57,289 nucleotides of DNA from NCBI GenBank assembly GCA_046350615.1, contig JAXMAA010000004.1, positions 1 through 57,289 on the forward strand. The letters run 5' to 3'. Positions 19,774 through 28,583 of this stretch are shown piece by piece (the first letter of the stretch is position 1; each line of letters starts with the position of its first letter). The position numbers were made by a program, and so were the translations under genes. The stretch is from Candidatus Saccharimonadales bacterium. GTDB lineage: Bacteria > Patescibacteriota > Saccharimonadia > Saccharimonadales > UBA7683. The notes beneath the pieces are model-generated. The model ran no database searches, had not been told where the DNA came from, and saw only the letters and a program-made list of their open reading frames with translations.

Positions 19774-21091
19774 TTGATGGTAGTGAAAAAAGAAGAAGCA
19801 CTACGAAATAAATGGTACACCAGGCTCTTGTTTGCGACTGTGCTCGCTGTGCTTTTACTGGCGCCTTTCCAGGGAATGATCACCATGTGGCCAACGAGTT
19901 TGGTGGGGCATCAGTTTCTTTGGCAAATTGTTAAAGAGCTGATATTGATACTTCCGTTCGTAGTTGTGATATATCTCATTGCCACCCGCAAAGATATTAG
20001 ATATGCGATTCTGCGTGAGAAGATCTTTATACTAATGATGGTCTATGCAGTGCTGCATGTCGTCCTATTTTTAGTTAACTACAAAGACACAGAGGCAGGA
20101 CTGGCTGGCCTCCTTGAATTTGAGATTTATGCTGTTTTTCCTACTATTTTTTGTCGTCGGGTATATATACAGAGCCAAGATAACATCGAAAGTAATTAAA
20201 TGTGTCACAGCAGTTGCTGTAATCGTTTCGTTATTTGGTGTACTTCAAATGACTTTGCTGAACCCAGAGCTACTCTCGCATGTTGGGTATAACGGGAACC
20301 CGATCCCGGCTCGTTTCAGCATCGATGATGACCTTGGTTCGATACGCATCGCTTCTACTACAAGAGGACCCAATAGCTTGGGTGCGTATCTAGTCGTTAC
20401 TATCATACTGGTGATGGCATACATTTATGCGCGGGGGGTGAAGTACGGAAGGGTGATGCAGGCTAGCGTAGTGTTATTGATTCTTGCTCTCTTGCTTATG
20501 ATAATAGCACTTTATGGCTCGCATTCCAGGAGTGCATTTATTGGAACAATAATAGCCTCTTGTGCTTGGATATATCTAACTATTAGTAGCCGTTCTCGGA
20601 CGTTATTTATTGCAGCCCTGGCCATTGTTGCACTACTGGAGTGGCGCGGGTATATATGTCGCTAGGAATACATACTTTTTTAGCAGTAATCCTCCACGAC
20701 ATAAAAGGAAGTGTGGTGACCTTACCTCTAACCAAGGACATATCAAAGCCCTTCGGAAGGCGTGAGTGATGTTGAGAAAGAGAAATTCTTGGGTTGTGGT
20801 CCTGGATGCGCAGGATGATCTTTTAGGAGTGATAGGAGGTGCTCATATTGCAGAAAACTACTATATACAAATAGCACAGGAAGTAGGGATGATGGGCGTA
20901 GTGCTGTTTGTGGCCATAGTCTCATTGGTTGCAGTAAGGCTGTATGCGCTATGAGGGCTGTATCCTGCAGCGCTTGCCCTGGTAGCATCTCTTTAGGGGT
21001 TTCAGTTGCGAGCCTGTTTCTTCACTCATGGGCTGACGACGCACTTGCCTACACATGGTGGGGCATAGCAGGCCTTCATTGGTTCGAATAG
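19774..21091 (+). pseudogene. O-antigen ligase/polymerase-like membrane protein, multiply frameshifted
   Basis: Fragments: RIASTTRGPNSLGAY, HSRSAFIG, LGCGPG, IAENYYIQIAQEVGMMG, LFLHSWADDALAYTWWG...* (TAG 21089-91). Confidence 0.7.
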
Positions 21092-22094
21092 CCCCTTTTG
21101 GGTTTTGCGACTGCCACCGCCAAGCATCCTCGCACATCTGTTTCAAATTCTTTTGAGCTCAACCAAGCTCTTGGAAAGCGAGCGTCGGATCGGAGTAACA
21201 GGTTGCAACGTCACCTTTCGCGGCGAGGAGCGACCTCATAGGGTATTGTGACACCCGAGGCTTGCTCAAAAGCATCAACAATCTCAAGCACAGAGTAGCC
21301 TTTTCCTGTGCCAAGATTGTAGATGTCCACCTCCCTAGATTGCGGTGTGTATGCGAAAGTGCAGCAAGGTGACCTTTTGCCAGATCAACTACATGGATAT
21401 AGTCTCGAACTCCAGTGCCGTCGGGCGTATCATAATCGTTACCGTATATATTTAAAACGTTGCGGCGCCCAACAGCAACTTGCGAAACGTACGGAACAAG
21501 ATTATTTGGAGGTCCATTGGGGTCCTCGCCTATTAGCCCGCTTTCGTGAGCACCTATGGGGTTGAAATAGCGAAGTAAGGTAACTTGTAAGTATTGATTT
21601 GCTTTAGCGCAGTCGGTAAGAATTTGCTCGCACATAACCTTAGTCTGGCCGTAAGGATTGGTGATACCAGTCCCGGTGCGACTGTTTTCGTTTAAAGGAG
21701 CCTCCTCGGGCAGTCCATACACCGTTGCTGAAGAGCTGAATATAATTTTTCGCACAGAAAACTCTTCCGCATTGTACGACGTCTAGCCCAGAGAGGTTAT
21801 TCTTGTAATAGATCAGGTAATTTGACCGACTCATTCACTCGCCTTTAGTGCGGAAAAATGGATCACAGCTTCGAACTTATGCTCATGAAACACATCTCGC
21901 AGATCCTCAAGATTAGCAGTATCAAGCTTGATAAAAATAGGCGGAGTGCTCGGTGATTTTCAATGCGTTCTAGAACTGCTTCGGAGTTGGTCACCAAGTT
22001 GTCTACGATAACCACCTCGTGACCCTTATTAAGTAGCTCAACAACTGTATGTGAGCCAATGTAGCCTGCACCCCCTGTAAATCAAAATCTTCAC
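21076..22094 (-). pseudogene. galE: UDP-glucose 4-epimerase, multiply frameshifted
   Basis: GTG 22094: [20 protein letters not shown]; [54 protein letters not shown] in shifting frames. Confidence 0.88.
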
Positions 22095-22110
22095 CAGTGA
22101 ATCCTTTCTC

Positions 22111-22980
22111 TTAAATATTCCTGAATTCACCGCCTAGCTCGTTATGACTCAACCCAAGGTCGACGATTGTTTTCAAGTATCCCAGTCTGTCACCGGTATC
22201 GTAATATCCGAAATTCTTTACGCTGAGTCCATACAGTGATGCCCCTTCATCAATGAGCATCTGCATCGCTGGTTGAATTTGTAGTTCGGCTCCTTTCGAG
22301 AGCTTCTTGGCACAGGCACGAATTTTTTCAAATATATCTGGTGTGAGGACATACCCACCAATACTTGCAAGATCTCCCGGGGCATCCCGCTTGCCTGGCT
22401 TTTCAATAATGCGTGACACTTCCACAAGGTCATCTGAAAGCGGTTTACCCCCAACAATACCGTAGCGATCGTATTCAGAATCTTCCACGACTTTTTTACA
22501 GGCTAAAATACACCCAGGAGTTTTATAGTACTGGCTTAACAACTGCTCGGTTCGGTTTGGACTCCCTACCATAAAGTCATCGGCAAACAGATACACAAAC
22601 GGCTCATCGCCAATAATATGTTCAGCATTGAGAACAGGCGTTGCTGCACCGTAAGGACCTTTTTGTCGTACGTAGATAAAATTAGCCAAGGTTGCTATCT
22701 TCTCTAGCTCTTCAAGAACATTTTGCTTATTCCCAGATAGTAAGTTCTCCTTCAGATCGCCACTAACGATATCAAAGTGATCTTCAATCGTTCGTTTGTG
22801 GTAGCCGGTGACAATAATAATATCTTCAATTCCGGCGGTTACGAGTTCTTCAACAACGTATTGAATTACTGGCTTATCAATCAATGGGAGCATTTCTTTG
22901 GGCATTGCCTTTGTTTGTGGCAAGAACCGTGTGCCGAAGCCGGCTGCTGCGATAACTGCTTTGCGAACCTGTTTCTTCAT
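22111..22980 (-). CDS. galU: UTP--glucose-1-phosphate uridylyltransferase
   Basis: AAGFGTRFLPQTKAMPKEMLP, YVRQK, VEK-like IIEKP, YDTGD. Start probably ATG 22980; the extreme C-terminus may be shifted. Confidence 0.93.
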   Translation of the reverse strand: MKKQVRKAVIAAAGFGTRFLPQTKAMPKEMLPLIDKPVIQYVVEELVTAGIEDIIIVTGYHKRTIEDHFDIVSGDLKENLLSGNKQNVLEELEKIATLANFIYVRQKGPYGAATPVLNAEHIIGDEPFVYLFADDFMVGSPNRTEQLLSQYYKTPGCILACKKVVEDSEYDRYGIVGGKPLSDDLVEVSRIIEKPGKRDAPGDLASIGGYVLTPDIFEKIRACAKKLSKGAELQIQPAMQMLIDEGASLYGLSVKNFGYYDTGDRLGYLKTIVDLGLSHNELGGEFRNI

Positions 22981-23011
22981 ACACACTAGTATACGCTATA
23001 CTGTTAATGCT

Positions 23012-23455
23012 ATGCGTAAAACAAAAAGCAAACAACTTGGTCGGCAGATTATTGAATACATGGTTGCTGGCGGCGCTTTTTTCTGGAGTGGTTACTCGGC
23101 ATTTGCGGTTTTTGATGCCGTTTTTCACTTGCCATTATTTGTTGCAAAACAGCTAGCAAATTTGATTGGTCTTGCCATTAACTACCTACTTGAAGATCAG
23201 TGGGTATTTAAGAAGGGTAAGAGTAGGCGGCAATATGATAAGCGGCGTGGGTATCGATATGTTGCTATAACGTTTATTAATTTCGCTATAGATTACGGAA
23301 TCGTCCTCGGCCTTAAAGAGCTTGGCATTACGCCGTATCTTGGGCAGTTCGCGAGCGCAGGATTTTTCACAATTTGGAATTTTCTTTGGTATAAATATTG
23401 GGTATTTGCTCATCATCCCTCAAAAAAGAAGAGTAAAAGGAGGATTCGAGCATGA
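23012..23455 (+). CDS. GtrA-family protein
   Basis: EYMVAGGAFF...INYLLEDQWVF...IWNFLWYKYWVF. Start likely ATG 23012, because 22898 would overlap galU. Confidence 0.85.
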   Translation: MRKTKSKQLGRQIIEYMVAGGAFFWSGYSAFAVFDAVFHLPLFVAKQLANLIGLAINYLLEDQWVFKKGKSRRQYDKRRGYRYVAITFINFAIDYGIVLGLKELGITPYLGQFASAGFFTIWNFLWYKYWVFAHHPSKKKSKRRIRA

Positions 23456-23892
23456 GCAGTATACGACCAACAAAAAAACAGCGTGAACTTCTAACTTTTA
23501 TTGAACAATTTATTGCGGAACAGGGTTACGGGCCGAGTTATCGTGAGATTATGAAAGGCTGTAATTATACATCGGTAGCTACGGTAGCTGTGCATATTAA
23601 TAATCTTATTTCTCGTGGCCATCTTAAAAAGCGTGATAACAGTGCGCGCTCGCTTGAAGTGGTAAAGGCCGAAGGCATCCCAGCTGCATCGCCTCAAATC
23701 AAAGTAACTGCAGCCAATGAAAAGTGGCTCGTTGATCTTATTGAGCACAAATTTCAAGCTGTTGAAACTGCGAAGAGAATAGAGCAAAAGGATTTAGACC
23801 AGCTTTACGTTATAACAGGTGCGCTCTCAGTACTCGGCTTTGACGGTGCAGCAGTAGCTTTCAAAACTCGACTCAAAGAGTTGGAAAAATAG
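23452..23892 (+). CDS. LexA-like winged-helix protein lacking the S24 peptidase domain
   Basis: TKKQRELLTFI...GYGPSYREIMKGCNYTSVATVAVHINNLISRGHLKK...ARSL. The C-terminal ~75 aa are helical with no Ala-Gly, Ser or Lys protease motifs. Confidence 0.8.
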   Translation: MSSIRPTKKQRELLTFIEQFIAEQGYGPSYREIMKGCNYTSVATVAVHINNLISRGHLKKRDNSARSLEVVKAEGIPAASPQIKVTAANEKWLVDLIEHKFQAVETAKRIEQKDLDQLYVITGALSVLGFDGAAVAFKTRLKELEK

Positions 23893-23897
23893 CGTGC

Positions 23898-23924
23898 GTC
23901 ATTCCTGCGAAGGCAGGAACCCAG
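23898..23924. repeat. REP/RPE-like palindrome GTCATTCCTGC-GAAG-GCAGGAACCCAG
   Basis: 7-bp stem with GAAG loop; resembles the GTCATTCCCGCGAAGGCGGGAATCCA class of miniature repeats. Confidence 0.6.
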
Positions 23925-24065
23925 TCCAGATCCCAGACCACAAGCACCAAATAACAAATAAATCCAAAATTCAAATATCGAAATGCCTCAAACTGGTTTA
24001 CTGAGGTGAAGAAACAAGGTAGAATAGCGTTTGTATCCAAAGCGGAAGTACCTTACATAAAATAT

Positions 24066-24140
24066 TCCGGCGTAGCTCAGCGGTAGAGCGGATGGCTGTT
24101 AACCATTAGGTCGCTGGTTCGAATCCAGCCGCCGGAGCCA
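24066..24140 (+). tRNA. tRNA-Asn(GTT) with encoded CCA
   Basis: Acceptor TCCGGCG/CGCCGGA, D arm AGCTCAGCGGTAGAGC, anticodon arm GATGG-CT GTT AA-CCATT, T loop GGTTCGAATCC, 3' GCCA. Confidence 0.97.
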
Positions 24141-24159
24141 AAAATTTTGCAACAGAGTT

Positions 24160-24193
24160 AGACCTGGTTCCTAGACCAGGTCTTTCTTTTTTT
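24160..24193 (+). terminator. Intrinsic terminator after tRNA-Asn
   Basis: AGACCTGGT/ACCAGGTCT stem followed by TTTCTTTTTTT. Confidence 0.85.
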
Positions 24194-24397
24194 GTAAAGC
24201 ACCCCTGATCTGTTAAATAGTTCGAACCTAATCGCTCAATTTGCCAAATAACAAACAAATGTTGGAACCACAGAAAATGACTGATTTTAAGCCGTTAACA
24301 CCTAAGAAATAGTTCCAAAACTGACCTGTTTTCCTATGAGGACTGAGCGGCCTGAAAATTGATATATTCCCATGACCTAACCAGGAGACACCAATAT

Positions 24398-24426
24398 TTG
24401 ACACAGCATGACACTTATGTTAATAT
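24398..24426 (+). promoter_or_regulatory. sigma70-type promoter of the ABC-F operon
   Basis: TTGACA 24398-403, 17-nt spacer, TG-t-TAATAT 24418-26. Confidence 0.8.
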
Positions 24427-24459
24427 CAGTGTAGTAATCAATCAAGGAGAAACAATAAG

Positions 24460-24486
24460 ATGATAAGAATCGCGCGAGCAAAGTAG
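24460..24486 (+). CDS. Putative leader peptide MIRIARAK
   Basis: SD AAGGAG 24444-49; ATG ATA AGA ATC GCG CGA GCA AAG TAG; lies between the promoter and the attenuator hairpin. Confidence 0.7.
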   Translation: MIRIARAK

Positions 24487-24541
24487 TCGCACAAGCGTCT
24501 TTTTTCGTATGATTCTTTCCTATTAGTTTAACTTCCTGTAA

Positions 24542-24593
24542 AAAAAGCCGAGCACTTGCGTGACTACTCACCTAAATGCTCGGCTTTTTGTTT
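24542..24593 (+). terminator. Attenuator-type hairpin in the ABC-F leader
   Basis: AAAAAGCCGAGCA (24542-54) pairs with TGCTCGGCTTTTT (24577-89), followed by GTTT and the ABC-F SD. Confidence 0.8.
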
Positions 24594-24603
24594 GGAGAAG
24601 ACT

Positions 24604-26094
24604 ATGTTAAACCTGTATAAAATTACAAAATCATATAAAGATAACCTTGTTCTCAAGGATGTTACTTTATCGGCTGGTCCAGGTGAGGTAATTGCCCTCA
24701 TTGGTGCAAACGGTGTCGGCAAGACAACTCTACTAAAAATACTACTCGGTGAGGTGGCTCCTGACGATGGGCAGATAACTAACCACCATGATGTTGTTGG
24801 CTATGTCCCTCAAGAGCTGGACAATCTTAATAAAACAATCGAAAAGAGCTTTGGCTCCATTGAGTCATGGCGAATTGACTATGCCCTTAATTTGGTTGAT
24901 CTGGGTACTGTCCCTAAGGATCGTCCTCTCAGTAATCTGAGTGGTGGTCAGAAAACTCGTGTGGCTATTGCCCAGGTTCTTGCTCAAGACCCCGAACCCA
25001 CAGTCCTATTATTAGATGAGCCTACAAATAACTTGGATGTAGAGGGTTTAGAATGGCTCGAGAGTTTCATCAAACGTTTCAAAGGTGCGGTTTTGTTTGT
25101 GAGTCATGACAGACAATTCATCAACACTGTCGCCACAAAGATTATCGAGCTTAAAGCCGGTGTAACAAAGCAGTACGGCGGTAACTACGAGTTCTATAAA
25201 CAGCAGAAAGATATCGAGTACCAGGCAGCACTTGAGAAATATGAGAAGCAGCAAGATGAGAAGAAGCGTCTCAAGAAAGCCATGGTCGCTCAGAAGGAGG
25301 CTACTAAACATGTCCACGAGCACATCAAGCGACCGGATAACGATAAGTATCAACGGGACTTTTTTAGAAATAGGGTTTCAGTAAAACTAGGTCAGAAAGC
25401 AAAAAATCTTGAGACTAGGCTAGACAAACTTGAAGATATCGAAAGACCTGATTTCGATAAGAACTACGAGTTTAGTTTAAAAGGAGCTCCTCATTCCAGT
25501 AAGTTATTAGTGCTGGTTAAGGAAGTTTCGAAGTCGTACGATAAGCACGTCGTTTTATCAGATATAAACTTTGAGATTAGAGGCAACATACATATCCACG
25601 TCAAGGGCTTAAATGGCTCGGGTAAATCGACACTACTGCACATTCTCGCCAAACAGCTTGCGCCTAGTAATGGCACGATCACTTATGGAGATAATGTTAC
25701 TGTAGGCTATTTTTCTCAGGATACAGAAGGCTTGAATTACAAAATCTCAGCCCTGGATAATTTGAGTATAACTGAAGCAAAGCAGGAGGTAATTTACCGT
25801 CAGGCTCGTAGTCTTGGAATCGCTGCCGAAGATCTCTTGAAGATGCCAGGTGAACTATCTCGTGGCCAACAGTCCAAGCTGGGCTTTGCTAAGTTGCTTT
25901 TAGCCAACCATGATCTAATTATTCTCGATGAGCCAACAAACCACCTTGATATTGCCACTAAAGAGCAGCTTGAAAAAGCTTTGCGAAACTACGAGGGAGC
26001 CGTGTTGGTTGCTTCGCACGATGTATACTTCTTAAAGCAGCTGAAAATAAATCAAACCCTAGAACTTAAAAATGGAAGGATCGTAGAATCATGA
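24604..26094 (+). CDS. ABC-F ATPase with long interdomain linker (antibiotic-resistance type, Msr/Vga/Sal-like)
   Basis: Two ABC cassettes (GANGVGKT/LSGGQ/LLDEPTN and GLNGSGKS/LSRGQ/ILDEPTNHLD), no TM segments, linker ending KAKNLETRLDKL. Start ATG 24604 after GGAG. Confidence 0.88.
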   Translation: MLNLYKITKSYKDNLVLKDVTLSAGPGEVIALIGANGVGKTTLLKILLGEVAPDDGQITNHHDVVGYVPQELDNLNKTIEKSFGSIESWRIDYALNLVDLGTVPKDRPLSNLSGGQKTRVAIAQVLAQDPEPTVLLLDEPTNNLDVEGLEWLESFIKRFKGAVLFVSHDRQFINTVATKIIELKAGVTKQYGGNYEFYKQQKDIEYQAALEKYEKQQDEKKRLKKAMVAQKEATKHVHEHIKRPDNDKYQRDFFRNRVSVKLGQKAKNLETRLDKLEDIERPDFDKNYEFSLKGAPHSSKLLVLVKEVSKSYDKHVVLSDINFEIRGNIHIHVKGLNGSGKSTLLHILAKQLAPSNGTITYGDNVTVGYFSQDTEGLNYKISALDNLSITEAKQEVIYRQARSLGIAAEDLLKMPGELSRGQQSKLGFAKLLLANHDLIILDEPTNHLDIATKEQLEKALRNYEGAVLVASHDVYFLKQLKINQTLELKNGRIVES

Positions 26095-27029
26095 AGCACT
26101 ACATAGTCAGTCTTGAAGAGGCAAAACAGTTCTTGAGCAGCCATTTTAACTCGAAGGTTACTCACGTCGAACTATTAAACGGGGGCGATTGGTCGGCGGC
26201 CTATGCGTATGTACTTGAGGGCGAAGAGTACGTCATTAGATTTGCTGCAAATCGTGAAGACTTTGCTAAAGATCAAGCTATCAGCAAATATGCTTCAAAA
26301 AAGCTCCATGTCCCAGAAGTTACTGAAGTAGGAGAAGCCTTAAGGGGTTATTACGCTGTATCAAAGCGGCATCATGGTATTTTTCTTGATGAAATCGATG
26401 GTGATCAGATGGGTAAAACACTACCCAGTCTCTTAAAGACTCTTGATGAAATCAGAGAAGTTAACTTAACAGGCACTACGGGCTATGGCTGGTGGGAGGC
26501 AAAGGGGGTGGGGAACTGCGCAACCTGGCAAGATTTTCTCATGAGCGGATTCGATGATAAGCCAGACGAGAGAACGCATGGCTGGCGTAAGAAATTGGAA
26601 TCTTCGTCAACAGGTACGGATCCATTTGATAGAATCCGCCGAACATTCGAAGCTCTTGCAGTAGATATGCCCGACGAAAGACACCTCATACACAACGACC
26701 TTTTATACCGAAATGTGTTGGTTGAAGATAATAAAATCTCTGTAGTTATTGATTGGGGTAACTCAATGTATGGCGACTTTCTCTACGACATCTCATTACT
26801 TATTTACTACTGGTCGTGGTTCCCAGAGTGGGAAGATATCGACATTAAACAGGTGATTCTCGATCATTATGCGAGCGTTGGCCTTGAGGTTCCAAATATA
26901 GAGAAGCGTCTACTTTGCTACCAAATCCATATTGGTTTAGACGGTATAAAGTACAGCGCATTCACTGGGAATCATGATCATCTAGAACAAAAGACTGAGC
27001 AGACCCTCAGACTTTTGGATTATCTTTGA
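26091..27029 (+). CDS. APH-family phosphotransferase, hygromycin B kinase (APH(4))-like
   Basis: HNDLLYRNVL (Brenner motif), IDWG; ATGA-coupled to the ABC-F; co-linear with recalled Hph motifs. Confidence 0.8.
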   Translation: MKHYIVSLEEAKQFLSSHFNSKVTHVELLNGGDWSAAYAYVLEGEEYVIRFAANREDFAKDQAISKYASKKLHVPEVTEVGEALRGYYAVSKRHHGIFLDEIDGDQMGKTLPSLLKTLDEIREVNLTGTTGYGWWEAKGVGNCATWQDFLMSGFDDKPDERTHGWRKKLESSSTGTDPFDRIRRTFEALAVDMPDERHLIHNDLLYRNVLVEDNKISVVIDWGNSMYGDFLYDISLLIYYWSWFPEWEDIDIKQVILDHYASVGLEVPNIEKRLLCYQIHIGLDGIKYSAFTGNHDHLEQKTEQTLRLLDYL

Positions 27030-27340
27030 AACAAGAGCTGAGATTCTCTAATCTGTAGCTTAGTCTCAATTCCTGCAGCAAAGGCCGTCCTATCATTCTC
27101 TGTGCCTCTACTAAGTATGTAACGAGCGTACTCTATGAGTGGTTCGTCCAACTTCTGCTGAATCTTGTAATGCCCTAGCAAAGTTTGGGTTGTGTGGTAA
27201 TGTTTCTCGATCTTCGCCTGAAGCTTATCGGTTATTCGGATATCTTTGTAGTTCTGCTCAATAAACTCTTGCAGAAGTACACAGAGGTTGTCTTCGTTGA
27301 TGTATTTCTCGGGGCAGTTCGGGTCTTTTCGTCTGGTGCA
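27020..27340 (-). pseudogene. C-terminal remnant of a large serine recombinase (copy 1), cut by the IS3 left end
   Basis: 107 open codons without a start: CTRRKDPNCPEKYINEDNLCVLLQEFIEQN...LIEYARYILSRGTE...LQIRESQLLFQR*; paralog of the 29079..29720 C-terminus. Confidence 0.8.
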
Positions 27341-27447
27341 GTGTCAGGCTCCCAATATACTAAACACACACCAGAACTAAACTAGCTAGTAAAAGAGGTG
27401 AACATTAAGCTAACATGTGGTAGACCATACCACAAGGAGTATTACAT

Positions 27448-27698
27448 ATGGCTAAACCAATAGACCCACAGCTAAAACAAGAAATAATGAATGCCGTTAA
27501 ATCCACATGACCCAGCAAGAAGCCAGCCGACTGTATGGCGTGACGCTCCTGAAGACTATTAGCAACTGGTGCCGCCAGGATGTGGTTGGTGGTGAGAAGA
27601 ACTACATCATCCAGATTAACCAGCTCAAACGGGAGCTGGACAACGCCTACCGAGTCATTGGTAAGCTCTCAGCCCGTGCTGATCGCCCAAAAGGCTAG
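27448..27698 (+). pseudogene. IS3 OrfA (HTH), frameshifted
   Basis: SD AAGGAG; MAKPIDPQLKQEIMNAVKS, then a frame change into MTQQEASRLYGV...KTISNW...QLKRELDNAYRVIGKL. Confidence 0.75.
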
Positions 27699-27736
27699 CC
27701 GCTCTGGAGGAGGTCGAGCCAGGACTCAAGCGGCAA

Positions 27737-28579
27737 ATGGCTAGAGCAGTAGGCATTGGCCGCACCAGCTTGTATATTCGTCCAACCATCCAATCCAGCA
27801 AAGACAACCAGCTAGTTCGAGAGCTTAAAGCCGCTCACGAAAGGCACCCACTGTACGGAGTACGTCGTCTTGCGCTGCATCTGGGTTGGAGTCAGAACAA
27901 GACTAGGCGGATCCGTCGGTTAAGCGGCGTCACCGCCGCCAAGCCTCACAAGAAGTATCGCAGTTGTGCTGGCAAGCCAGAGATTAACGCCCCAGCTAAC
28001 CATTTGCATACCTACGCCCTGTTCAAAAACAACAGTCGGCCTCAAGATGGCATGGATTACAGTGCAATGACCCAAGAAGCCAATGCTTGGTCGCAGGACT
28101 TTACCTACCTACGGATTCGTTCAGGTATGTTTTATCTAGCCTTAGTCATGGATCTTACAACTCGTGAGATATTGAGCTGGAAGCTCGGTACAAACCACAG
28201 CAGTAGTTTGACTCACGTTGCTCTAATTCAGGCTCTCAGAAACAACTCAAGCCCCAGTATCCTACATAGCGACCGTGGTAGTGAATATCTCAGCGAGCGT
28301 CACCAAAGCACCTGCGACAGGTTTGAAATAGCTCTCAGTGCTAGCAAACCAGGTAGCCCATGGCAAAACGGCTTCATGGAGCGTTGCGTTAAAAGTATTA
28401 AGGAAGAACTGGGTCCACTGAGCCAATACCATGACATTGACGAATTGTATGTTGGGGTTGCCAACGCTACCGCGTATTACAACAACGAACGCATCCATAC
28501 AAGCCTAAAAACCACACCAGCAGCTTACGCTGCTGGCCTAAAGCGTCTAGACAAAGTGTTCGTTAAAAAGGGAGCTTGA
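27737..28579 (+). CDS. IS3 OrfB DDE transposase
   Basis: YGVRRL, WSQDFTY, YLALVMD, LHSDRGSEY, SKPGSPWQNGFMER, YYNNERIHTSL. Confidence 0.93.
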   Translation: MARAVGIGRTSLYIRPTIQSSKDNQLVRELKAAHERHPLYGVRRLALHLGWSQNKTRRIRRLSGVTAAKPHKKYRSCAGKPEINAPANHLHTYALFKNNSRPQDGMDYSAMTQEANAWSQDFTYLRIRSGMFYLALVMDLTTREILSWKLGTNHSSSLTHVALIQALRNNSSPSILHSDRGSEYLSERHQSTCDRFEIALSASKPGSPWQNGFMERCVKSIKEELGPLSQYHDIDELYVGVANATAYYNNERIHTSLKTTPAAYAAGLKRLDKVFVKKGA

Positions 28580-28583
28580 CATA

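Larger units (their letters stand above)
27342..28581 (+). mobile_element. IS3-family insertion sequence, 1240 bp, no target-site duplication
   Basis: IRL TGTCAGGCTCCCAATATACTAAACAC versus reverse-complemented IRR TGTCAAGCTCCCTTTTTAACGAACAC (19/26 match, TG...CA ends); contains orfA and orfB. Confidence 0.9.

Noticed and set aside
18320-22150. Stop-codon reassignment (code 25) as the cause of broken genes
   Set aside because: Breaks are frame changes rather than in-frame TGA, and many intact genes end in TGA at the expected position.
24277-24312. Mini-ORF MTDFKPLTPKK after the tRNA terminator
   Set aside because: No SD or promoter geometry, and it lies upstream of the ABC-F promoter; cannot be supported.
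24509-24526. Second uORF MILSY in the ABC-F leader
   Set aside because: No SD; the SD-bearing MIRIARAK ORF explains the leader better, though a minor role is not excluded.
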